NCBI GenBank assembly: GCA_964106915.2
Contig: OZ066927.1
Origin: Podarcis gaigeae
Lineage: Eukaryota
Length of the DNA: 64,000 bases
Direction: 5' to 3' (one strand)
Numbering within the stretch: position 1 is the first letter of the stretch; each line of letters starts with the position of its first letter. A program made the translations under genes and the position numbers. The notes beneath the pieces were generated by a model. It did not search any database. It was not told the origin of the DNA and worked only from the letters and a program-made list of their open reading frames with translations. This document shows positions 26,598-38,288 of the stretch, in pieces.

Positions 26598-28086
26598 CAG
26601 TGATGCCCCGCAAGACGAATGCCTCGCAAGAGGAAAAACCCGCAAGACGAAAGGGTTTTCCGTTTTTTGAGGCACTTCGCAAGACGAATTTCCCTATGGG
26701 CTTGCTTCGCAAGAAGAAAGCCCATAGGGAATTCTCCGGGGACCTCTTTTAAATACTGGCGGTGGGGAGCAAAGCCTTCCCCCCTCCGGCCTTCAGAAGA
26801 GGTCCAGGAAGGCCGGCGGGGGCCGAAAGGCTTTGCTCCCCACCGCCAGCATTTTAAAAGCAGTCCGGGATAGCAGGGAAGCGCTTCCCGCTATCCTGGA
26901 CGGCTTTTGAAGGCAGGCGGGGGGAGCAAAGACTTTTGCCCCCCGCCAGCCTTCAGAAGAGGTCCTGGACCTCTTCTGAAGGCGGGCAGGGGGCGAAAGT
27001 CTTTGCTCCCCCCCGCCTGCCTTCAAAAGCCGTCCAGGACAGCGGAGAAACACGCTGCTTTTCTCCGCTCTCCCGGGAAGGCAGGCAGGGGGGAGCAAGG
27101 ACTTTTGCCCCCCGCCAGCCTTCAGAAGAGGTCCAGGACCTCTTCTGAAGGCGGGCGGTGGGCAAAAGTCTTTGCTCCCCCATGCCTGCCTTCCCGGGAG
27201 AGCGGAAAGTCTTTGCCCCCCCCGCCAGCCTTCAGAAGAGGTCCTGGACAAAGGTCTTTGTCCCCCCGCCTGCCTTCCCGGGGGCTTTTAAGAGCGGACG
27301 GCTTTTGAAGGCAGGCGGGGGGGAGCAAAGACTTTCGCCCCCTGCCCGCCTTCAGAAGAGGTCCAGGACCTCTTCTGAAGGCTGGCGGGGGGCAAAAGTC
27401 TTTGCTCCCCCCGCCTGCCTTCAAAAGCCGTCCAGGATAGCGGGAAGCGCTTCCCTGCTATCCCGGACTGCTTTTAAAATGCTGGCGGTGGGGAGCATGC
27501 CTTTCGGCCCCCGCCGGCCTTCCTGGACCTCTTCTTCAGAAGAGGTCCTGGACAAAGGTCTTTGTCCCCCCGCCTGCCTTCCCGGGGGCTTTTAAGAGCG
27601 GACGGCTTTTGAAGGCAGGCGGAGGGGAGCAAAGACTTTTGCCCCCCGCCAGCCTTCAGAAGAGGTCCAGGACCTCTTCTGAAGGCTGGTGGGGGGCAAA
27701 AGTCTTTGTCCCCCCTGCCTGCCTTCCCGGGGGCTTTTAAATCGCCCCGGGACAGCGGAGAAGTCCTCCGCTGTCCCGGGGCGATTTTTAAATGCTGGCG
27801 GGCGGCAGCGAAGCCTTCGCTGCCGCCCGCCAGCATTTTAAAATGCTGTCCCGGGGTTTTTTAAAATGCTGGGGGTGGGAAGAAAAGCCCTTGTCCCCCC
27901 CCCTCAGCCTTCAGAAGAGGTTGGGGGACAGACTGTCCCCGGACCTGGTCTGAAGGCGGTTTCCATAGGAACGCATTAATTGATTTTTAATGCATTCCTA
28001 TGGGAAACCGTGCTTCGCAAGACGAAAAACTCGCAAGACGAAAAAACTTGCGGAACGAATTAATTTCGTCTTGCGAGGCACCACTG
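26598..28086. mobile_element. 1489-bp non-autonomous Tigger/pogo-type element with palindromic GC-rich interior
   Basis: TA flanks (26596-97, 28087-88); 22-bp TIR cagtgatgccccgcaagacgaa vs cagtggtgcctcgcaagacgaa; repeated subterminal cgcaagacgaa; no transposase ORF. Confidence 0.9.
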
Positions 28087-31000
28087 TACCAGTTGCTGGA
28101 GGCTACAGTAGGGGAGAGTGCTACTGCATGCATGTCCAGTTTGAAGACTTTCCACAGGGATGTCAGTGACCACTGTGAGAACAGGATGCTGCTCTTATTA
28201 TGCTCTTATGTTAAGTGAACAGTGAGGCAGGAGGTCACACAAAGCTTTAGGAAGTAAGGGCAAATGTGAGATAGCGATACGTCCAACACACCCACAGGGG
28301 TGCCTCTGAATACTTTCTGGGAATCACCAGTGGGGAGAACAGGAAGTATTGTGCTCACTTCCTGCTTGTGGGCTTCCCAGAGGTCATGGTGACCATTTGG
28401 TGTCCCCATAGGCATGATGTTGATGTTTGTTCTCTCTCTACTACCCTATCTGTCTGTGCCTGCTTATTCTGTGGTTGCTACCAGTATGGATTTATCACAG
28501 GGTGGGGTTGTTCAGTAATGTATGTTGCTGTTACCTGACTTGATAAGATGGATGACAAATGTTAAGGAAACAATTAAGACACAGATGTCCTGTACAAACC
28601 CCTTGAAGACTTTTATCCAAGTTCTCTCCCCTGTGCTTCCTGTCTGCCTCACCCATATTATTAGTTTCTGGGAGGTTGTTTTTTTTAATGAGTAGTATCT
28701 TGAGAACCTACTTTAAAGAGGAAAGAAAACCCAGTTTTTCCCCCTCCCATTGATCTCTTGCACTCAGCTCCTGACATCAATGCAAATTCCTTTTTTTGGG
28801 GGGGGGGCGGGTGAACATACAGAATAACTTTTTTTAGATCAGACTTTCGTTGGCCATTAGCATCAGAGAGTCATTTGAATTGGCTTACCCTCATGAGCTG
28901 CAGAGAGCAAAACCTTCAGAAATTCCTGAACTTTTCTGATCTTTTCTAGGCCATCTCTAATTAGTAAAAAAATCAGGACAGCAATTTCCCCCCTCGCCAC
29001 CCCCAACGAGTTTGGCACTCTATTATTGATAATGTCATGTTTGCAAAACGGACAACATGATACAGTTCACAACTTCAAACAATAATATGAAAGCCATAAG
29101 AATCTGACGTCTGATCCCTGTGACTTGAAACTGCAAGTATAATTTCTTACAAGGGTCTTGCTCAGTTTCAAGCTTTGTAAATAGGAAGAGGAAATTTCAC
29201 AGCACGCCAAAAGCATCGCGTCAAACAGCAAACCATCAAGAGTTGTTCAGTGGCAAAGCATCTGCTTTGCATGTAGGCAGTCCCAGGTTCAAACCCCAGA
29301 TTCTCCAAGCAGGGATGGGAAACGTAAAACCTGGAGAGCTGCTGCCAGTCAGTGCAGGCAATACTGAGCTAGATGGACCCACGGTCTGATTCAATATAAT
29401 GCAGCTTCCTATTTTCCTAACAGGATTTTAAAATGGTTAAGATGTTTCTCCAAGCACACTAATACACAAACTTCAAAGCCAGAAATATTGCAATTCACAA
29501 ATATTATGTGCTACTAGCAACACACCACTTCAGAGTGCAAGGACTGGAAAGCGTAGATTTAAAATAATGTTTCCCAATTAAAAAAAAATAAAAATCCAAG
29601 CTGGGCTAGCATTCCCCTATAGATGCTGATTTTCTACATACAGGAAGTTTGCTTGCTTGCTTGTTTTTTTAACCAGTGTTCATCCGCAAATAGTTTCAGG
29701 ATGAACATTATGCTTTTAAGGTAGCCTTCACCAACCTAATGTGCTCAACTACAGCTCCCATCAGCCCCAATACATATGGTTGTACCATCTGGGGTCAACT
29801 TGAATTGTAGTCGAAAAGATGTAGATGCACCAGGTTGACTAAGCCAGCTTTAAGGAGTTCAAAATGATCACCCAAACACCCTCGCTTTGGTCTTTTTTAA
29901 AGGCCACATTCACTGCTATTTATTGTCATTAATTTCTCAGGGTGGATGCCATTTTCCCTTCACTGATCCCGCTCCTTTGGAGTGTTCCCAGCCAACCACG
30001 GACTACATAGAAATTGGAACAATATCACAGAGGGCAATGCTTGTTGGACTGGTCACATGAATGATCCTCTTTAATCGGGAGCCACATGGTCTCTTTTCTA
30101 AGTAGGCAAGGAGGCATCCGCAAGAACGTTTAAGAAACAGGTGGTCTAAAGCATGACCCCTCCTCCATTTCCCACAGACATCTGACTGGCCAATGTGAGA
30201 ACAGGAATCTAGACTAGAAGGGCCACTTGCCTGATGCAGCAGACTCCTCTTATGGGTCTAGATCTTCTGGCCTATTTTGCTGACAGTCCCTGTTTATGTC
30301 ACAATAAATTTGGTAATAGTCCAGCAAGGCTGTTTGTTGTTTCAGTGACAACAACCTTGTGCAGTTGCCCTTATGGAGTTCACCCCTGACAGCAAGAGGC
30401 CAGTGAGCACCTGGCACCTCAGAGGGATGACTGCAAGGGCCGCCAATCAAAAGGGCAGTGGGGGAGCTTGGCCGGCGGATGGATCTGTGCAGCGCCAAAG
30501 CCCCGCTACAAATGGTTCCTAAGCAACGCAACTCCCATCTCTCACTCTCCTCTCCTTCCCTCCTTGCTTCCTTCCTTCCATGCTGTTTAATTATAAAAAG
30601 TTGCCTTTTGATTTGGGAGCCCTTCACATCGCTTCCTCTGCAACCCCATTGTTTTCTTGGGAGGGCTTGCTGCTGTGATGATGACACTGCACGACAGAGG
30701 GAAGGCGGCAAAAGTTGTCCATCGCCAGTAATTAAGGCTCGGCGCTCCAGAACCCAAAACTTGGTAGCTGGTTTTAATGCTGGTCCGTATCTCTCCTGTT
30801 GAGGGGAGCAGCCAAATTTCCCAAGAAATCCTATCACTGATGTATCTTCAGAGCCACAGCTGTTGCTCAGTGTGACTCTGCAGTCACAGCGGCAACGTTG
30901 AACCAGCATTTCTAAAAATAATGCCATTAGCGGCAGAAACCGCTGGCTGTTTGAATTAAACAGAGCCATTGTTGGCAAGTGATTCCCACCTCAGACACAG

Positions 31001-31148
31001 TCTTAAATGGGCAACCTTACTCTGCCTTTCAGCTTCAGCCTCAGTAAAATGTGAATAATAAAGTGTGCTGCAATATTTGTCCATGTGTAACAGTGGCAAT
31101 CAAAACAGGAGGGCAGCATCTGGGAGAATTTTGGGCTTTACTCTAGAC

Positions 31149-31400
31149 CAGTGCTTTTCAACCAGTGTACCGTGGCACCCTGGGGTGACTTGAATGATGG
31201 TCAGGGGTGCCATGGGCAACACTGGCCTCTGTCTGATTTTCCTTCCCTCCCTCCTCTGATGCCCTCTCACATCTCTGCCTCCCAAAGACTTGCACAACTG
31301 TTTGTTGCAGCACCCCTGCTGCTGCCCCTGCTGCCTCTCAAGGTAAGATCCTGGCCTCACATTCACATTTGGCCAGTCTCTGTTGGGATCACCTTCTGCC
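31149..31400. mobile_element. hAT (Charlie-like) element left end
   Basis: ctctagac-type target followed by cagtgcttttcaacc; other end not identified. Confidence 0.5.
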
Positions 31401-31769
31401 CAGGCCTCTGTGGGGTGACATGCTTTCAGTATTGTTTGTGCTTGCAAATGTTTCAGGATATTTCTAATCAGTGCATGTGCCATCAGTTGCTGCTGAAGTC
31501 CTGTAACCCTTTATGCCGCAAATGGTCCAGGATGTGTGTGACAAATACGATGCTGTATCATTTGGGAAGCACCACAGAGCATCTGATAAAGCAGAATGAT
31601 CTGTGGTTGATCCAGTACAAATCCATCACTAATGCACTATTACTGCATCAATGACATGTTCCAGAAGACACTTGCAAAAAACAAAACAAAACACACACAC
31701 AACCCACCAGCAGTCTGGAGGGGCCCTTAAGGTATCAATGAAGATCTCACTGGCCTCAATGGGATTTTA

Positions 31770-31994
<225 letters not shown>

Positions 31995-32679
31995 TTATTT
32001 ATATATATATAACTACATTTTCCTACTGGCCACTCTGGTAGTTGTGATTGTAATTAGACCTAAATGACTGCCTTTTCCAAGTACCAACCATCTCAGACCC
32101 TACAAGCAGCAAGTGAGGCCTTGTTGGTGGTTCTGCCACCAGGGCCTGCCTGGTTAGCACTCATTCATGGCAGGGCCTTTTCAGGGGTGGCTCCATGGTT
32201 GTGGAATGCCCTCCCTTTTAAAGTGCTTCTCCATCATTATTAACTTTCAGGAGGAATTTGAAACCTTTCCTGTTTGCCCAGGAATTTGGTGGCTGAAGAA
32301 AAGTGTTTTTGGCAGCCATAAGATCAGTGGATGGAATAATGTTTTTAATGATAACATTGCTTTTAGAATGTTTTAACTGTAATAGTTTTTAGATTTTTTT
32401 ATTGTAATAGTTTTTAGATGTTTTTAACTGTAATTGCTTTTCAAACATTTTAACTGTTTTAGGATGTAGATCTGAAAAGCAAAGCAAAAACAGAGTTGTT
32501 CTGTGTACAGATGTCTCCTTTTGCAAAAGTTGGAGGGACCTTGCAGCCTTCATGAGGTGGGGTGGGGTGGATGTCCTAGCATAGATGTTAACCACTGATC
32601 TGGGCATTTTCATGCGCAACACTGAAAAGATGTTTTGTTCCCTTCGTTTCGATGCTGTTATTAGGTCAATGGCACCCTA

Positions 32680-32901
<222 letters not shown>

Positions 32902-33493
32902 TCAGATGTACCAACCATTACCCCCGTTAGAGCAGACCCTGCTATTAGGAAGGACAAGGAAGCTGCCTCAGGTGGCAGAAGCTGAGGGGTGTGGAGCAGA
33001 CAGGGGTGTGTATGTGGCTCAAGTGAAGTACAGTACGCTGTCCAGTCACCAGTGCTGAAATAGGAGTCAATTGCCAGTTATTTAATGCATGGAATAGGCG
33101 GTACCATCTTGTCCTTTGCCCTTGGTCATCTTGGCTTCCCTGCCCTGCAGATCTTTCTTGGAGAAGGCACCCATTTTAGAGATTGTAGCAGTTGTGCGTG
33201 TCACGCACCCACAGCAACCGTGCCGTCTGGATTTCTTGTCATGTTTCCAATCAGTAGGGCAGAATGTGCTTTGGAACATATGGTGACGGCTGGTGTTTTG
33301 GGAAAGGCTGTGTTAACCACACAGGAATGGCCAAGCCAAAAGCAAGAACAGGAATCAATCGATCGGAATTCAACTTTCACAAGTGAAGTGTGTGAGAACA
33401 GTCAATTGAGAATCTTCATGGTCTGAGGGGACGTGAAATTTCTACCTAAGTGCCATAGATTTGTGCAGAGTCAGTGCAGACAATGCCAATCTT

Positions 33494-34831
33494 CTTTTTT
33501 TGTGTAAATTTTTATTCCAAGTAACATTTTTACAGATCAGTTTCATTTGCTGAGACATTTGTGTTACATTAGGAAGGAAAGGGGGAGAGAGGTGGAGGGG
33601 GGAAAGGCGAGTAGGGGTGGGGTTAGGTGGCGATGTTTCTATTTTACTTAATGTATGTGTGGGGTTTCGTGTCAGTGTCGCTTGTGCAGGTTCTCTGCTA
33701 TTCGCTTGTGCTCCTTTGGTGGTGAGGGAGGTTGCAGGTTAGCCATATTGATTTGTATGCTGTTGGTGGATTCTTGTCTTGTTGGGCTGTGTATGTGATA
33801 AAGGGGAACCATACTTGGGTGAAGGTGTCTTCTATTTGTCCCCGTGCCAGTTTCAGTTTATTGGTTAATTTTTCTAGTACGGCCATTTCCCATACTATTT
33901 GGTACCATTGGTCCATGCTTACTCCTGACAGGTCTCTCCAGTGTCTGGTTATGATGTTTCTGGCTGCTGAAAGTAGGTGGGTTATGAGTTTTTTGTGATG
34001 TAAATGGGCATTATTGTCTTGGAAGATGTTTAGTGGGGCTAATTCTGGGGTGATTTCTAATACTTACTTAGTTATTTTACATATTTCTCGTATGGCTATT
34101 GTCCAGAATAGTTGGATTTTGGGGCATTCCCACCACATGTGGAGGTATGTGCCTGTGGTGGTGCACCCTCTCCAGCATTTAGGTGAAGTTCCTGGGCGCA
34201 TTAGCACTAGTTTTCTGGGTGTTAGGTACCATCTGTAGGTGAGTTTCAGAGTGAGTTCTTTCATTTTCGTTAATATGGATTTAAAGCGGGGTTTAGACCA
34301 TATTCTGGTCCACTGGGCGGAGTTAATCTCATAGCCTATGTCGTCCTCCCATCATTTTTTAATTGCATCTAGGGACTTCATGGGATTTTGGAGTAGTATT
34401 TTGTATATTGTGGATACCATCCCTTTCGCCATATCCCTTTGTTGTTAGGAGGAGGTTTATGAAGGTTTTCAGGGACCTAGTTGCTGCTGATTTTACTACT
34501 TGATTGTTTAAGAGGGCATGTAATTGCTGGTGTGTTAACTAGGGCATTTGGGTGTCTTCTAGTTTGTCCTGTATTTCTTGTGTTGACGAAGTTTTTTTAT
34601 TTTTATAGAAGTCTATTAGGCAATGTAAGCCTTTGGTTTGCCAGGTTTTAATCTAGAGGTTTTGTGCTGTGTGGTGGAATAATGGGTGGTACACCAGGGG
34701 AATTAGTGGGGATGGGGTTGGAGATAGTTTGCCTATTTCTGCTTTCCATGCTTTGAGCATGATCTGTGTGTACCTGTTAAGTGTTGTGGGTATTTTCCTT
34801 AGTTTGTTTGGGAGGAGTGGGTATGCTATGG
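33494..34831 (-). mobile_element. 5'-truncated L1-clade LINE (~1.34 kb) inserted into a SINE remnant
   Basis: 15-bp TSD gacaatgccaatctt (33479-33493, 34832-34846); ORF2 C-terminal knuckle RWYLTP...KCWRGC...TYLHMWWECP; AATAAA and A-rich tail at the left end. Confidence 0.92.
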
Positions 34832-35501
34832 GACAATGCCAATCTTGATGGACCAGTGATCTGACTTAGTGTAAGGCTGCTTCTGATGTTCCTGTGTGCT
34901 GCTGAACATTCACTCAGAGAACTGCAGCCATCCCTGATACTTGTACCTACATGATATGCAGAGTAATACACAATTTACTGTGTGATCAGAGATCACAATG
35001 TTAAATAATAAATACTGCTACTAATAATAACATACAAAATGAAATATTGTTAACATTTTTAGGTGTACAGTGTGTGTGCGCGCACACACACACACACACA
35101 CACACAAGTATTTGGAAGTAAAAACACAATGTGACTCAGGCATTTGCTCTATGACAGCCCATCAACATGTGAAAGCCATCACTTATTGTCAACTGACAGA
35201 CATGCATGTGTCAACTATATCATAGCAGCAGGATAAAATAATTCCTTCCAGTAGCACCTTACAGATCCACCAAGTTTGTTATTGTTATGAGCTTTCATGT
35301 GTATGCACACTTCTTCAGATACACATAATAGCAGGAGTACACCAATGTTACCTGATTCCTGGAAAAACACAAACATCGACCCCGAAGGGCAGCATAGCAC
35401 TCCATGTTATGATTTACTACCAACTTGAGAGATCCTAACCTGCTTCACAGCCTGGAGCCATTTGGTGAACATTTTAGCACAGGAGAGTATGATTTCTGCT
35501 A

Positions 35502-35729
<228 letters not shown>

Positions 35730-35985
35730 CTAATAAGAGGATCGTAGAACTTGTCCATCTCTACTGAGAAGGCCCAAACTCCTTGCACTTCCCTCAAGGA
35801 TGATACAGCTGAATACCTGAGGGCATCTGGAAGAATGCTCAGAAAGAGTAATTTCCTAAGGCAGCCTTCTTCAGCTTGGTAACTTCCAGATGTTTTGACA
35901 ACCACTTGCATTAGCCCCAGGCAGCATGGTCATATACGGTAACGCTGGGGCTGATGAGAGCTGTGGTTCAAAGCAACTAGAGGGC

Positions 35986-36278
35986 GGAGGAGGAGGAGGA
36001 GGACGAAGAAGAAGAAGAAGAAGAAGAGGAGGAGGAGGAGGAGGAGTTTGGATTTGATATCCTGCTTTATCACTACCTAAAGGTGTCTCAAAGTGGCTAA
36101 CATTCTCCTTTCCCTTCCTCCCCCACAACAAACACCCTGTGGGGTGAGTGGGTCTGAGAGACTTCAAAGAAGTATGACTAGCCCAAGGTCACCCAGCAGC
36201 TGCATGTGGAGGAGCGGAGACGCGAACCCGGTTCACCAGATTACGAGACTACCGCTCTTAACCACTACACCACACTGG
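35986..36278 (-). mobile_element. tRNA/CORE SINE (Squam3-like) with (CCT/CTT)n tail
   Basis: Reverse complement is roughly 90% identical (by eye) to 26325-26565. Confidence 0.87.
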
Positions 36279-36449
36279 TAAGCTTGGTTCAGGCTGTCCC
36301 TAAGGTATAACGGAACAACACAGTGGCCTGCAGCATCTCAAAACATGTAAATGGACACAGAGAAAAAAAATACACAGAACAATCTGCATGTTGCTTCCAG
36401 CATCCTGTGTAGGTAATGAATCACACCCGAAGTTAAACAGTACACAGTT

Positions 36450-36755
36450 AATCCATGGAACTCACTCCCACACGAAACTGGGATAGCCACCATCTTGGAT
36501 GATTTTAAAAGAAGATTGAACCAATTCATGGAGAAGAAGGTTGTCAATGGCTACTAGTCATGATGGTTGTTGCTCTGCCCCCACAGTCAGTTTTTCTGAA
36601 TACTGGTTTCTGGAGAATGCAGGAGTGTGGCGCGTGTTATTGTGCATGAAATATGTTTGTGAGCTTCCCACAGGCATCTGGTTGGCCAATGTGAGAATAG
36701 GATGCTGGACTAAATAGCCTGTTGGTTTGACCCAGCAGGCTCTTATGATGTTCTT
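36450..36755 (+). mobile_element. CR1-type LINE 3' end
   Basis: gccaccatcttggatgattttaaaagaagatt...ggccaatgtgagaataggatgctggact...ctcttatgatgttctta. Related pieces at ~17890-18060, 30170-30250 and 42555-42840 (minus). Confidence 0.7.
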
Positions 36756-37871
36756 AAGTGACCCTGAAATACTGCAGAAGTGGGAAACTGCTATGAATCT
36801 TGTTGAAACCCCTTTCAGGTTTTGCATCACATTTAAAGTTATCCTTGAAAGGTTGAATCATCATAGCAGCAAAGCTGAGATTCTCAACATTCTAAGGAAG
36901 CATCTCCGGGTCTGAAAAGCAGCCTGGGCTATCCAGCCATTGCCATCTCCAGTTTAGACAAAGTCCTTCTACACAATGTCCATTGTTTCCCAGGAACTGA
37001 CAGCATCACAATGGTTTCTTTTAGATTGGTGCAAAAGGAGAACAGGGACAAATTATTGGCAGCCGTACAGCGGGAGGTAGGAAAGGTAAAATGGCAAATC
37101 TCTCTGAACAGCTGTTTGCTCATTAAGAAAAACATCACGGACAAAGCGCTAATCACAAAAGACGACAAGGGCTTAATGTCGTGCGAAGCTTGGTCTCCTC
37201 GCAGAGGCAAAATAAGCAAACAAACAAACAAACAAACAAGGCCCCAAAGAAGTGATATTTTCAAATCCCAGAGAAACTGCTGAGCATACATAATGATGTA
37301 TTATTTATATTGCAAAATCAATGTATGAGATGCTCTGCAAATTAGCACAAATAAAAGGGAGGGGAAATGCCTGTCCCCTAAGAAAGTTGCAAAACTGAAG
37401 TTCATCTGTGCAATGGAAAGGCCGGAATATATATGCTTTACGGAATCTCAAAACATTAAGTCAGACAGTTACATTATTGCATTTGTCTACTGAACCTGGA
37501 CTGAAGCACTGAGCTAACAATGGAAATCAGCGAACATACTGGATCAGGCCAGGGGCCCATCTAGTCCAGCATCTTTTTCTCACAGCGGCCAGGGAAAACT
37601 TGTACACGGGCGGACCTTTTTCGTTGAGAAGGATGGTGCCCAAAGGAATGTGTGGTAGGAAATGTTAAGGTCAAGGGGTGTGTGGAGAAACTTCAGGGGG
37701 GGGGGGGGAGAGAAAGGTTCCATCAACCTTCGCATGATAATAATCCTCAAGGCCACTCCTTTAGTTCAGAGACAGAAGAGCTTGTCATTCACTGAGCAAG
37801 AAATGAGGGATAAGGGAACTTCCCCTCTAAGGTCAACACTACATGGCTTTGTGATAAACACACATATTTTT

Positions 37872-38288
37872 TTTAATATTTTTTTAAAAATGATATTTAT
37901 TGGAGTTTCAAAAATACATAAAAAAGTAAAACAAAAAAGAAAAAGAAAAAAAAGAAAAATTCAACGTTTGCAATCCATATTTTCAGTACCTTATTTCCGC
38001 AACTCCCCCTCGCCTCCCCTTCTTGTATTCCATATCCAGAAGTTTGTTCAGCAAGTTCTTATCCCTAAATTTTAACCTTAATTTGTTGTTATGTTAAATT
38101 CAATTTATATATCAACTTTTAGCTTATATACATCAATCATTATACTTAAAGACTTTTTCTAAGATCGTCCCAGTTTCCCTTCCACGAATTCCCCATTTTA
38201 CTACTAGTGGCAACACAAAAAGAAAAAAAAGATAGAAAAAATCAGAGTATTTTTGTACATCCTTTGGATTTCCAAACCCCACCCCTCC
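37872..38288 (-). mobile_element. 5'-truncated L1-type insertion (3' UTR only)
   Basis: 17-bp TSD taaacacacatattttt (37855-37871, 38289-38305); TT/AAAA target on the minus strand; AATAAA at 37896-37901 before an A-rich tail. Confidence 0.82.

Larger units (their letters stand above)
26225..28210 (+). mobile_element. CR1-type LINE 3' end interrupted by a SINE and a Tigger-type element
   Basis: Pieces 26225-26324, 26566-26597 and 28089-28210 rejoin to match the uninterrupted copy at ~36450-36755. Confidence 0.7.

Noticed and set aside
26619-27836. Many overlapping 70-150 aa ORFs, near-identical on both strands
   Set aside because: Artefact of the GC-rich palindromic transposon interior; no transposase or other domain.
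26790-27920. Recurring palindromic ~32-bp repeat superficially like a CRISPR array
   Set aside because: Intervening sequences are themselves repeats and inverted copies of irregular length, there are no cas genes, the context is a eukaryotic intron, and the block is bounded by transposon TIRs.
30250-30978. Longest ORF in the track (242 aa, minus strand)
   Set aside because: Non-ATG start, no recognisable domain, runs through low-complexity sequence, and is not needed for the MEGF11 frame.
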